Below, one piece after another: positions 8,078 through 16,533 of a stretch of 35,460 nt of DNA. The notes beneath the pieces were generated by a model. It made no database searches. It had not been told where the DNA came from and saw only the letters and a list, made by a program, of their open reading frames with translations. A program made the translations under genes and the position numbers. The stretch's first letter is position 1. Each line of letters begins with the position of its first letter. The stretch comes from an uncultured virus (IMG/VR IMGVR_UViG_2061766007_000680) (Duplodnaviria > Heunggongvirae > Uroviricota > Caudoviricetes). The DNA lies in the IMG/VR virus record IMGVR_UViG_2061766007_000680, one strand, 5' to 3'.

Positions 8078-8524
8078 TTACAAATTGTCTTTAAATATTT
8101 TCATATAATCAATAGATGGATCAAAATTACTCTCATAGAACGCATCTATTACTTTTTGACAAGCAGAGATTGCTACTTTTTTTTCGTGTTGTACTCCAGC
8201 GTAGAATCCACTTTCCTTAAAATCCTTTCGGCCAATCTCTTCGAGTGTCATAGATGGCTTAAAATCTGCGTCTTTAGCAAAAACCTCTAAGTAGTTTTTA
8301 CTCATGTTAGCGATGGCACTATCTTCGCAATTCTCGAACGCCTCGGCAATTTCGGTTCTTCTAACTTCAAGCCAACATTTATCTGGCGCATGGAAACAAA
8401 AACAATCTTTCTCTTTGTAGTAGGGTTTGTCATCTAAAACCCAATCTTGCTCTAACTGTTCACGAGTTAACTCATAGTGAAAATCAGCAAGATACTTCTC
8501 AATGTATTTCTCTGTTAGTTTCAT
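8078..8524 (-). CDS. Hypothetical protein
   Basis: 148-aa ORF tightly packed in the operon. Confidence 0.75.
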   Translation of the reverse strand: MKLTEKYIEKYLADFHYELTREQLEQDWVLDDKPYYKEKDCFCFHAPDKCWLEVRRTEIAEAFENCEDSAIANMSKNYLEVFAKDADFKPSMTLEEIGRKDFKESGFYAGVQHEKKVAISACQKVIDAFYESNFDPSIDYMKIFKDNL

Positions 8525-8528
8525 AACT

Positions 8529-8538
8529 CAAATATACA
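8529..8538 (-). promoter_or_regulatory. Bacteroidota -7 promoter element (TGTATATTTG)
   Basis: Matches TAnnTTTG; 4 nt before the ATG at 8524. Confidence 0.55.
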
Positions 8539-8543
8539 TTTTT

Positions 8544-8960
8544 TTACAATATTATTTCTTTATCAATTTCAAATTCTTTTAAAAGGTGTTGTAATTTATG
8601 CACGTAGCCTACATCAGTAAGCCAATCAGAAGTATAACCACAGTCACCACCATCGCTACAGTTATCCACTAATTCAAACCCATTTTTGCATACTTCGATC
8701 TGAAATCCATCGCCGATAGCATATGTAGTTACATATCCTACGCGTTTATCCCACGTCCATTTCTTAAAACCGTTCTTCTCTAACAACTTAACAGTAATTG
8801 GGATTGGTTCAATGTCTTCAATACTAATCTCTTCTGATTCGTATTCAGCCTCTTTGGTAAAAATACTATGGCCAAGAATACCATCAATTTGAACATTATT
8901 AAGATATTCTGAGTTTTTTACATGTACCCAATCACCTCTCATTAATTCACTCGTCTTCAT
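8544..8960 (-). CDS. YopX-like Bacteroidota phage family protein (paralog 1)
   Basis: MKTSELMRGDWV...IEPIPIT.KLLEKNGF...YVHKLQH. True start is probably 8960. Confidence 0.75.
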   Translation of the reverse strand: MKTSELMRGDWVHVKNSEYLNNVQIDGILGHSIFTKEAEYESEEISIEDIEPIPITVKLLEKNGFKKWTWDKRVGYVTTYAIGDGFQIEVCKNGFELVDNCSDGGDCGYTSDWLTDVGYVHKLQHLLKEFEIDKEIIL

Positions 8961-8979
8961 AATCTTTATTGTGTCATAA

Positions 8980-9648
8980 TCAAAATTCATTTTTAGTCCA
9001 TGTTTCTCTCCAATGTTTATCTGTCTGCACATGATTTGCACGGACAAATTTTGCAACATTTTTTTGAAAATCCTTATAATAAAAACCTTTTACATTACGA
9101 ACGACAAAGCCTTCAATATCCTGTCCTTGTTTTGACAGTTCCTCTTTCTTTTCTTCAAACGCCTTCATTATTTTATCTTTGTCATATATACCTCTGTATA
9201 TAACAGGAACATGTTTCAACCCAAAGGCTTCACACAAATTAACAACTCCATCCCATGAAGAAAATACATTATATACATTATCTTCATCTTCTTCCTTATA
9301 TGCATATGCAAATACTTGGAAAGTATCTTCTATGTTGTCAAACTTGTATCCTATAGAATGTTTTGCATAAAGATTCTCCCCTATAATTCTTTCATCATCT
9401 TGAAGTAGATAACAAAAATCCCACACTTTTGATTTCAACCAATTCTGCCATTCATAACTATTTCCATCCAATGAACGTGCATGAATATAACCGTCAGGAT
9501 AGATAGTTGTATTTTCACCATCCATTTTAATAGTTACCACGACTTCCATTCCGTCAAACTGTGAATCGTCTGGTAGTGTCTTATCATCATCTGTTTTAGA
9601 TAGTGAATAAGGCAAGTGATATGTTCTTGGATATTTAATTCGTTCCAT
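8980..9648 (-). CDS. ATP-dependent RNA ligase (Rnl2-like)
   Basis: KYPRTYHLP, motif I TIKMDGEN, HARS, IGEN, EGFVVR, AKFVRANHVQTDKHW. Confidence 0.9.
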   Translation of the reverse strand: MERIKYPRTYHLPYSLSKTDDDKTLPDDSQFDGMEVVVTIKMDGENTTIYPDGYIHARSLDGNSYEWQNWLKSKVWDFCYLLQDDERIIGENLYAKHSIGYKFDNIEDTFQVFAYAYKEEDEDNVYNVFSSWDGVVNLCEAFGLKHVPVIYRGIYDKDKIMKAFEEKKEELSKQGQDIEGFVVRNVKGFYYKDFQKNVAKFVRANHVQTDKHWRETWTKNEF

Positions 9649-9649
9649 A

Positions 9650-9994
9650 TTACACAAACTCTCCAAAGGCGTTTAATTCATCGTTAAATAAAAACTCTAA
9701 GTATTCCTTTCGTGTCATAAATTCGCCATATTCCAACTCATCTGGTTTTTTAAGTCTATCTTTAGGGATACCCATGTATTCTATACATTGTCTTGGTGTT
9801 ATAATACCTTTCTCGGCATCTAAATGGTGTTTAGAACAGAGGGCGGCTCCGTTTGAAAGATCATATCCTCCGTCAGACCATAAGTGTCTATTCATGATGT
9901 GATGTGCATCAACAGCATCACAATTACACCCAGGTACACAACACTTACCATTAGTAACGCCAAAAACCGCTTTTTTAAATTCTTCTCGCGTCAT
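9650..9994 (-). CDS. HNH endonuclease-like protein coupled to the RNA ligase
   Basis: CCVPGC...DAHHI...NGAALCSKHH. Confidence 0.8.
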   Translation of the reverse strand: MTREEFKKAVFGVTNGKCCVPGCNCDAVDAHHIMNRHLWSDGGYDLSNGAALCSKHHLDAEKGIITPRQCIEYMGIPKDRLKKPDELEYGEFMTRKEYLEFLFNDELNAFGEFV

Positions 9995-10293
9995 TATTTC
10001 GGTTCTCCGTATTTTTCGATTGATCTTTGTTTATCTCTTACCCAACGTTCTTGAGCAAGTTTATCAAGTTCTTCCAAATCTAATTCTTTTACGAACTCAG
10101 GATTTTGGTTTTTTAGGGCATGCAATCTAATCTGATTATCGAACTCTTCACCAACAAAGGTTCCGTCCATGTTGGATTCTTCCACATCATAATAACTATA
10201 TTCCTCTTTTAATGCAAAGAACTGGGCCTTTTCTAGAATATACCTATCCTTGAATTCGTTAATATCGTCGTATTTAAAAGGTGCTGTTTCCAT
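9994..10293 (-). CDS. Hypothetical protein
   Basis: 99-aa acidic ORF whose stop overlaps the next start. Confidence 0.7.
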   Translation of the reverse strand: METAPFKYDDINEFKDRYILEKAQFFALKEEYSYYDVEESNMDGTFVGEEFDNQIRLHALKNQNPEFVKELDLEELDKLAQERWVRDKQRSIEKYGEPK

Positions 10294-10297
10294 AGTA

Positions 10298-10585
10298 TTA
10301 AAGTTTTAAAAACGTTATTTCATTATTTTTGAATGGTACAATATTTCCAGGGATTAACTCAGCACCAAATATATTCATCAAGTGGTGTAACTCGGTTTCG
10401 AATACATCGCCCTCTTTATAAGAAGTTGGGAAATATGTCTCATCCCATTCTTTAGCCTTTTCTGTTACTCCAAAATGGTATTGGTGGAAATACTTGTTTA
10501 GAACTTCGGCACCTTTCTTTGTTAGAATAACTCTCGAATAAACGTTAATATTTACAGTCTGTGGATATTCCATGTTACTAACCAT
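10298..10585 (-). CDS. Hypothetical phage protein
   Basis: INVYSRVILTKKG...ELHHLMNIFG...PF..NEI pattern. Start 10585 or 10573. Confidence 0.7.
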   Translation of the reverse strand: MVSNMEYPQTVNINVYSRVILTKKGAEVLNKYFHQYHFGVTEKAKEWDETYFPTSYKEGDVFETELHHLMNIFGAELIPGNIVPFKNNEITFLKL

Positions 10586-10820
10586 TATTTTTTTCTTCCA
10601 TTTCGAAGATTTTTTTCACCATTCTAAATATCCATACAAAAACCCAAATTACAAAGGCATACAGTGGACACTCAAACATTAAAAACCAACCCAAACTGAA
10701 TTCAGTGGTTCCGTGAAAACCTATAATGGCACAAATTATACCAAATATTGCAACTCCTATTATAACCTCAATAATGCAGGTCATTGGGTGGTCTTTTATG
10801 TAGTCTAAAAAGTCTCTCAT
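10578..10820 (-). CDS. Small two-TM membrane protein
   Basis: Two hydrophobic segments; ends TAG-TAA. Confidence 0.7.
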   Translation of the reverse strand: MRDFLDYIKDHPMTCIIEVIIGVAIFGIICAIIGFHGTTEFSLGWFLMFECPLYAFVIWVFVWIFRMVKKIFEMEEKNNG

Positions 10821-10846
10821 TTCAAGTCCTATGATTTTAAAATATG

Positions 10847-11110
10847 TTATCGTGTCTCAACAAAAATTACTGTACTCTCCATTACACCCCAAGAAGAACT
10901 CTCTTGAAAAGTTTTCTTAACTGGAATGTAATCTGGGGCCATCGGGCGTGTGAGATAGAAAAGATTGTCCTCTTTCCACGTTGCTTCCATTAACTCCTGT
11001 CCAGCAGGCAAATTGATTGTCATAGAACCACCGAATTCACGGGTTAATTGTTGCTGTGTGCAACCGCAAAGGCAAATAAACATGCCAATAAATAAAATTA
11101 GTTTTTTCAT
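10847..11110 (-). CDS. Phage lipoprotein
   Basis: MKK + hydrophobic stretch + LCGC lipobox; FGGSMTINLP...TWK...YLTRPM. Confidence 0.8.
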   Translation of the reverse strand: MKKLILFIGMFICLCGCTQQQLTREFGGSMTINLPAGQELMEATWKEDNLFYLTRPMAPDYIPVKKTFQESSSWGVMESTVIFVETR

Positions 11111-11132
11111 GAGTTTTAATTTTTTAAAATCT

Positions 11133-11172
11133 GTTGCAAAGATACAACATTTTTTTCATATATAAAAATTTT
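11133..11172 (-). promoter_or_regulatory. Host-RNAP (Bacteroidota) promoter cassette, copy 1
   Basis: On -: AAAATTTTTATATATGAAAAAAATGTTGTATCTTTGCAAC, containing TATCTTTG. Identical to 12814-12853. Confidence 0.8.
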
Positions 11173-11179
11173 GGGGAAA

Positions 11180-11359
11180 TTATTTTTCCTTTCCCCTTAA
11201 TTGAACTGTAGCACTACCGTCGGATGTATCTAGCCTTCCAATTGCGTGATCAACTTTTTCATACATCGTATTGTCATCTTCCATGAAACTTGGAAAATAC
11301 ATTTCCGCTTCTAATAAGTTGTTTTTTTCAGCAAATTCGTACAAATCTCTTACTTTCAT
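11180..11359 (-). CDS. Small hypothetical protein (59 aa)
   Basis: MKVRDLYEFAEKNNLLEAEMYFPSF...QLRGKEK; a GGGGAAA/TTTCCCC hairpin (11173-11197) overlaps its 3' end. Confidence 0.65.
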   Translation of the reverse strand: MKVRDLYEFAEKNNLLEAEMYFPSFMEDDNTMYEKVDHAIGRLDTSDGSATVQLRGKEK

Positions 11360-11729
11360 ATCATTTATTAATAGTTTATGGGTATAGAAATGAGAATGTT
11401 GGGATTTCAGGGTGGACAGTCGATTGTTCTTTTAACCACTTAAACATTCCTTAGTAGTATAATTTCAATTTGCCAGAGAATGAAGAGAAGGTATTAAAAG
11501 TACTGAACGAATTTGTCTTGTACGCCCATTTACGATTATGTTATCTGCAATTTTACATATATCATTATCAGTAAGTTTCATACAAAATCCATCTTTACCC
11601 CGATGCTTACAAATAATTGTATAATCACTACAATATCTATTCATTTTCTACTTAACCAGTTTGATAATTGTTGCTTGTCAAAAATTCCGAAGGCTTTGTT
11701 AATTCTTTGTATTAGTTTCAATTTCTGTG

Positions 11730-12176
11730 TCATACTATAATCTCCTTTTCAATTTTACATGATTTTATTGCATGTTGTAACTCATGGACATAATATTCTT
11801 TTCCACCGATTGTGGACTGTGATGAGGAAAGTACCTCTTTTTTAGTTACGTGCTCAACGTTGAATCTTAGAATAGCACCTTTTTTCTCTTCCGCAAACTC
11901 AACTTTAATGCTGTAGAAGTCGTGCTCGTTTTCATCGACGAAGCAAGAGAAATAGTTTTCTTGTTGATGTAGACCGTTCTTCAGCAAGATTTCAGGTGTA
12001 ATAGGAATTGGGGTGATAAATTCCTCCAACCAATCCGTATTGAACTCAACTTCGTGAATTCCGTGTTCTGTTTGGTCATACAACTTAATAACACCTTTCT
12101 TTTTAAGGACTGAAACCTGATAATTTGAGCCGTTTATACTAACCCAATCATCAATCATTAATTCACTCGTCTTCAT
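11730..12176 (-). CDS. YopX-like Bacteroidota phage family protein (paralog 2)
   Basis: MKTSELMIDDWV...ITPIPITPEILLKNG...YVHELQH. True start is probably 12176. Confidence 0.75.
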   Translation of the reverse strand: MKTSELMIDDWVSINGSNYQVSVLKKKGVIKLYDQTEHGIHEVEFNTDWLEEFITPIPITPEILLKNGLHQQENYFSCFVDENEHDFYSIKVEFAEEKKGAILRFNVEHVTKKEVLSSSQSTIGGKEYYVHELQHAIKSCKIEKEIIV

Positions 12177-12190
12177 AATTTTTATTGTGT

Positions 12191-12307
12191 CTAATTTTGC
12201 GATTTGCATTTTTCAATTGGGCCTTCTCCCATGCGCTTTACTTGCTCTCTGGTCTCTTGAGTAACATACTTGTCGAAGACCTCCTGCATAAAATTAGGTT
12301 TACTCAT
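12191..12307 (-). CDS. Small hypothetical protein (38 aa)
   Basis: MSKPNFMQEVFDKYVTQETREQVKRMGEGPIEKCKSQN; ends TAG ACA CAA TAA. Confidence 0.45.
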   Translation of the reverse strand: MSKPNFMQEVFDKYVTQETREQVKRMGEGPIEKCKSQN

Positions 12308-12309
12308 AC

Positions 12310-12792
12310 TCAATCAGAGTTGTTAGTTGTTCCTACAAGATGTTCGTTGCCCTCATATGGAATTATTGCCGAAATAAGGTAATAGCTGTGAGTTACAAGT
12401 TGAGCATATAATTTTCCCTTAATCCATGTGTATTCAAGAAATATGTCTGGATGCCATTTTTCATTTACTTTTACTAGCACCTTGTCAAACGGCTTGAACT
12501 CATGCTTTGGTGTTTCTTCTGGGAGTTCGATAAAAAGATAACTGTTTGTATATGTGGATGGGCAATTTCCAATTTGTCCATTTTCTTGTACAGGGTGTAT
12601 CTGTTCGCATCCAAGTGCCTGGTCATAAATAATGGCAGCAATAGGGTATAATGTATTATTTATATCAAATGATAAAATATTCGCTTTCCACCCGTTCTTT
12701 GTTACAATCCTACCTTCAATCTCTCCTGCTTGGATTTTCTTTGCCAGTTCAATATCGAACGGCACGCGTTTCCATTGTTTATTTGTTTCCAT
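12310..12792 (-). CDS. Bacteroidota phage family hypothetical protein
   Basis: PFDIELAKKI..GRIVT and FKPFDKVLV...IPYEGNEHLVGTT modules. Start METNKQ at 12792, downstream of the promoter. Confidence 0.8.
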   Translation of the reverse strand: METNKQWKRVPFDIELAKKIQAGEIEGRIVTKNGWKANILSFDINNTLYPIAAIIYDQALGCEQIHPVQENGQIGNCPSTYTNSYLFIELPEETPKHEFKPFDKVLVKVNEKWHPDIFLEYTWIKGKLYAQLVTHSYYLISAIIPYEGNEHLVGTTNNSD

Positions 12793-12813
12793 AATAACAT
12801 TATTTTTAATTCC

Positions 12814-12853
12814 GTTGCAAAGATACAACATTTTTTTCATATATAAAAATTTT
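12814..12853 (-). promoter_or_regulatory. Host-RNAP promoter cassette, copy 2
   Basis: 40-bp perfect repeat of 11133-11172. Confidence 0.8.
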
Positions 12854-12897
12854 CGGGACAAAAATGTGATTTTTCTTCATTTTTTAGACCCGAAAAT
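12850..12897 (-). terminator. Imperfect hairpin, probable terminator of the purA-like operon
   Basis: TTTTCGGG...CCCGAAAA outer stem with inner AAAAATG/CATTTTT. Confidence 0.5.
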
Positions 12898-12903
12898 GTA
12901 ATC

Positions 12904-13983
12904 TTATTTAATTAACGGCGAATCATAGATGTTAACTTTACCGAACATTTCCTTAAACGCCACTTCTCGATCCATTTCATCACAGTGCGTTAATTCTATC
13001 TCAAACTTTGCACCTTTTGCATCTTCAAGTATTCTGTTTTTTAACCAATTAATATCTAATAGTCCATATCTAAAATTACCCTGAAATTCATTATAATGGT
13101 TTGTTCTGTCTTCTTTAACATCTTTTGATAAACTTCCCCAACTTATTAATTGGTGTTGTAAGTGCCCATCACCATGTCTAGTAAGATATGGTCTTGTTAC
13201 GTAATGGGCCGTAACATCATCTATTTTTAAATCTTTTAGTAATAGTAGAGAATATAAAATACCAGTATTAGAAGGAGTAGCGTCATATGTATCCTTTCCT
13301 GTATCGCAAAGCAATAAGCCTTGTCCATTTTCAAAAATTAAATTATCATGCGTAAGTTCTGACAGTTCTTTTACTTCAGTATGTTCAGCCATGAACTTAC
13401 AGTCTTCGATAAAATGAAGTTTCAATATATCAGAATCCCATATGTCAATAAACTCGCTTGGGATGCTGATCATATTCTCATAATATTTTTTTACTTTATC
13501 AAGATAAACTTGATTGTGTGGGTATCCCATTTTAACAAAATCGTCAAATGGTAACGCCGTATCTGTAGTGGCCCATCGTCTTACTGTGTTCCAGATTCCC
13601 ATTCCACATGATGCGTGTCTCCCTTTTGCTTGTTCCATTAGCATATTAGCCATAGAGTCATAAGGCGTTGACCATCTGCAGATCTTATCTCTATAAATGT
13701 GTTTAGGTTTGATAATTAGAGTATTATACTCTTTGACAAACTGCATTGGGTTAAGGATAAAAAAGCGAGAATAATAACTATCCGCGCCATGATAAGTTCC
13801 TGAACCAAAATGCTGAAAGGTCATACTCCCGTCTTCCGTCAGAATGGAGTGCCCTCGCTGGGCACCACCATTCGTCAGGATATTAAGGACAGAACCATCG
13901 GCATGTTTAGTTTGGGTTGCAACTACAGTTCCCTTACCTTCATCACCATAGTTGGCACCAATTACTATACTCGCTTTTCTCAT
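12904..13983 (-). CDS. Divergent adenylosuccinate synthetase-like ligase (short form)
   Basis: GANYGDEGKG, GGAQRGHS, FENGQGLLL, TPSNTG, YLTRHGDG, LTHCD. The aspartate-binding TTGR loop is absent. Confidence 0.88.
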   Translation of the reverse strand: MRKASIVIGANYGDEGKGTVVATQTKHADGSVLNILTNGGAQRGHSILTEDGSMTFQHFGSGTYHGADSYYSRFFILNPMQFVKEYNTLIIKPKHIYRDKICRWSTPYDSMANMLMEQAKGRHASCGMGIWNTVRRWATTDTALPFDDFVKMGYPHNQVYLDKVKKYYENMISIPSEFIDIWDSDILKLHFIEDCKFMAEHTEVKELSELTHDNLIFENGQGLLLCDTGKDTYDATPSNTGILYSLLLLKDLKIDDVTAHYVTRPYLTRHGDGHLQHQLISWGSLSKDVKEDRTNHYNEFQGNFRYGLLDINWLKNRILEDAKGAKFEIELTHCDEMDREVAFKEMFGKVNIYDSPLIK

Positions 13984-13985
13984 TT

Positions 13986-14858
13986 TTACCAGGTAATGTC
14001 TCCATCCTCGGTAATAAGCGTTGCAGCCTCAGGTGCTACTGGACTTCCTTGAATGGATTCTGTAATACAATCCTCAATCGTTTGAGCAAGATTGTTGATA
14101 GTAGAAACCTTCAATCTTTCTCCCAAAATTTGACCAAAACTCTTCTCGATATCATGTTCATAACTGCGATAGCAATCACGAGGACTATCCACTGCAATAT
14201 GGAAAATATCAAATTTTTCAGAGGCTTGGCGATACAATTCTGGTGTCTCAACATTTGCTTGCTCTGTTACATTAGCCGACTCGTTTAGACGTTTGAATGG
14301 GAGGTATGGATTAAGAGGCTCGTCACCCATTGTGATAATGATACCCTTTCTACCTTGTTTATCAAAACAGTCCAACTTAGTGTGCTTTAGACCCATATAC
14401 CATGCAGCAGTATAACTCTCGAAAGTGTTTCCACCGCCACCATGCTCCATATAAATCTTATCGAGTGCTTCGGCAATACGCACGTCACTCTCGAATTGAC
14501 TCATTTGGATTGGTGCTTCATCATAGGCGAGATCACCAATACCCATTACGCAGAACTCAATATCCTTGAATTTCTTGTAAAGGTTTGTCATGATAACGCC
14601 CAACGCTGCAGCAGTTTCGCTACAAGCCTCACCCATAGACCCAGTGACGTCTAATGCGAGAATCACTGGGATTGTGTTTGGGTGTTCGTCGCTGTTTGCG
14701 CATTCACGAATGGTGAACTTTTGTGGGTCCAAAGATTCATCTAGACGTCTAGAGACAAATGTTTGTCCCGATACACGACCAGTCGAATAATCATAATCTC
14801 TACCAAGAGATTTACTGTATGTGCAATAACTTGCTGTCGTAAATGAACCTGCTCCCAT
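13986..14858 (-). CDS. vWA domain protein
   Basis: MIDAS-like ILALDVTGSMG, GIGD, GGGGNTFESY, IITMGDE. Confidence 0.88.
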   Translation of the reverse strand: MGAGSFTTASYCTYSKSLGRDYDYSTGRVSGQTFVSRRLDESLDPQKFTIRECANSDEHPNTIPVILALDVTGSMGEACSETAAALGVIMTNLYKKFKDIEFCVMGIGDLAYDEAPIQMSQFESDVRIAEALDKIYMEHGGGGNTFESYTAAWYMGLKHTKLDCFDKQGRKGIIITMGDEPLNPYLPFKRLNESANVTEQANVETPELYRQASEKFDIFHIAVDSPRDCYRSYEHDIEKSFGQILGERLKVSTINNLAQTIEDCITESIQGSPVAPEAATLITEDGDITW

Positions 14859-14860
14859 AA

Positions 14861-15469
14861 TTACTTGCCCTCCTCGTTTTCAGTTTCAGCATTTTCACCT
14901 TCATCAATCTCGAAGTCAAACATGCCATCGAATGGGTTAAAAGACTTGTCGCCGCCGAAGAATAGAGAGTAAGCCATCATCTGGCCGAGGCCGTTATTGC
15001 TTCCGTTGTTACCGCCACCCAAAAACTGAGACATCATCATCATCTTCATGATGTTACCAAGACCCTTTCCCTTCTTGAAGGAATTTCCAAACATGGAAAT
15101 GATCTTTCCGTAGAAGTAAGTGCTACCCATGAATACGTGACGCTCAGGAACGATAGTCTTCTCTTCGGCACTCTCGTAGTCGATAACAGTGATCTTCTTC
15201 TTGTCAACCTTTGTTACACATTTTGGCTTACTGCCAACCAACAGAATGTCTCCAACCTCAGCCTTAGTGGTTGGGATTACGAAGAACATTTCGTCACCGA
15301 TATTGAAGCAGAAATTCGTTACATTGGTGAGAGTTTCCTTCTCAACATTGTAAGTCTTGTAACTACTTCCACACTTTACGGCAATGTTGCCGTTTGCTGT
15401 AAGACGGCACATACCTGGGCCTACCTTACCAAATAACCCGTTAAGGGAATTCTGTACATTCTCAAACAT
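14861..15469 (-). CDS. Conserved phage protein with Met/Gly-rich C-terminal tail
   Basis: Beta-rich N-terminal part; IMKMMMMSQFLGGGNNG...QMMAYSLF tail. 2-nt spacing to the vWA gene. Confidence 0.85.
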   Translation of the reverse strand: MFENVQNSLNGLFGKVGPGMCRLTANGNIAVKCGSSYKTYNVEKETLTNVTNFCFNIGDEMFFVIPTTKAEVGDILLVGSKPKCVTKVDKKKITVIDYESAEEKTIVPERHVFMGSTYFYGKIISMFGNSFKKGKGLGNIMKMMMMSQFLGGGNNGSNNGLGQMMAYSLFFGGDKSFNPFDGMFDFEIDEGENAETENEEGK

Positions 15470-15496
15470 AATTATAAAACAATTTTAATTATTAAT

Positions 15497-16126
15497 TTAT
15501 TTATTAAACTTTTCGAGTTTATCTATGAAATCTTTCGGGTTAATACCCGCATGTATTGTTGTATTTCCGTCGTACATCCACGCAACTGCTTGCTTGTTTA
15601 CGTCTTCAACTGAAAATGGTGAATTATATCCATAATCCCAAGGGAATCGGCAGTCGGCATCGAAAATTAGTGTCAGAATCTCAATCTTATGTGATTTAGT
15701 AACAAAACGAAGACCATCCTTTTCTTGTACCTCGTCTGTTATATCATCATAAGGAGCACCTGCGTTGCAGTCCAGCGGTGCGTCGTTCCAATCATCACCC
15801 CATTGTTCTGATAGTTGGAGTGGAGTAAAGTACGCCTTATATCCCCCTTTCTCTAACTCTGGGTTCGGATAGTCAACCATTTTCATTCTGTCCCAGAATG
15901 GATTGTCATGTGCTGGATTGTATGAGTAATAATGGTTTTCTTTCACGCATTTTTCTCTATAGGTCTCGTATTCCTCGTGCCATTTTTTATACTCATCGCT
16001 ATCAAGAAGTTTTTTTGTTTCCTCATCCCAATCACATAGTGTTTGCGAAACAGTGTCGATATAACACAACTTGTAATTTGAGTAATCGTTACTCAAAATA
16101 TCTTCTTTTGTAATTTCCTTATACAT
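15497..16126 (-). CDS. Conserved phage hypothetical protein
   Basis: AYFT..L.EQWGDDWNDAP..CNAG.PY...NSPFSVEDVN..AVAW. Confidence 0.8.
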   Translation of the reverse strand: MYKEITKEDILSNDYSNYKLCYIDTVSQTLCDWDEETKKLLDSDEYKKWHEEYETYREKCVKENHYYSYNPAHDNPFWDRMKMVDYPNPELEKGGYKAYFTPLQLSEQWGDDWNDAPLDCNAGAPYDDITDEVQEKDGLRFVTKSHKIEILTLIFDADCRFPWDYGYNSPFSVEDVNKQAVAWMYDGNTTIHAGINPKDFIDKLEKFNK

Positions 16127-16322
16127 GTAGATTCTTTAATAAGTCTTCAATGTTATTTTCTGGTTCTATTTGCCAAGTCTTTAGCCCATAATGAGGGATA
16201 AACCATTGTAATTCTACTATACAATGTTTTTCATTTGCATATTGCCATGCTTCCCATACTTCATTTTCATTTGGGTGACGGTCTTCTTTTAACCGTAATG
16301 TTCTTACTTCGATTAAATTCAT
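16119..16322 (-). CDS. Small hypothetical protein
   Basis: MNLIEVRTLR...; ATG 16322 preferred. Confidence 0.65.
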   Translation of the reverse strand: MNLIEVRTLRLKEDRHPNENEVWEAWQYANEKHCIVELQWFIPHYGLKTWQIEPENNIEDLLKNLHV

Positions 16323-16326
16323 AAAA

Positions 16327-16506
16327 TTACCAAACAATTTCGTTATTTGCTATTGAGTTTTCTTTTAATAGAGACTCTAAATGATTACAATAACCAACTT
16401 CAATATTGTTTTCATCACCTATAGCCTCATAATACATAATGCACGTTTGTAGTATCTTGTGCAGCATGTCAACATCTTGACCTTTTAATGTTACTTCACT
16501 TACCAT
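16327..16506 (-). CDS. Small hypothetical protein (59 aa)
   Basis: MVSEVTLKGQDVDMLHKILQTCIMYYE...NNEIVW; preceded by TGTATATTTG at 16519-16528. Confidence 0.6.
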   Translation of the reverse strand: MVSEVTLKGQDVDMLHKILQTCIMYYEAIGDENNIEVGYCNHLESLLKENSIANNEIVW

Positions 16507-16533
16507 ATTTGATCATTACAAATATACAAAAAA

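Noticed and set aside
11133..12853. CRISPR array or insertion-element ends from the 40-bp direct repeat
   Set aside because: Only two exact copies, 1.7 kb apart with genes between them. The repeat matches a promoter consensus and there is no cas or transposase gene.
12904..13983. PurZ / 2-aminoadenine (Z) genome pathway
   Set aside because: The P-loop is GDEGKG with Asp retained, whereas PurZ has Ser there. No MazZ-like gene is adjacent, and the HD protein is 7 kb away with no evidence that it is DatZ.
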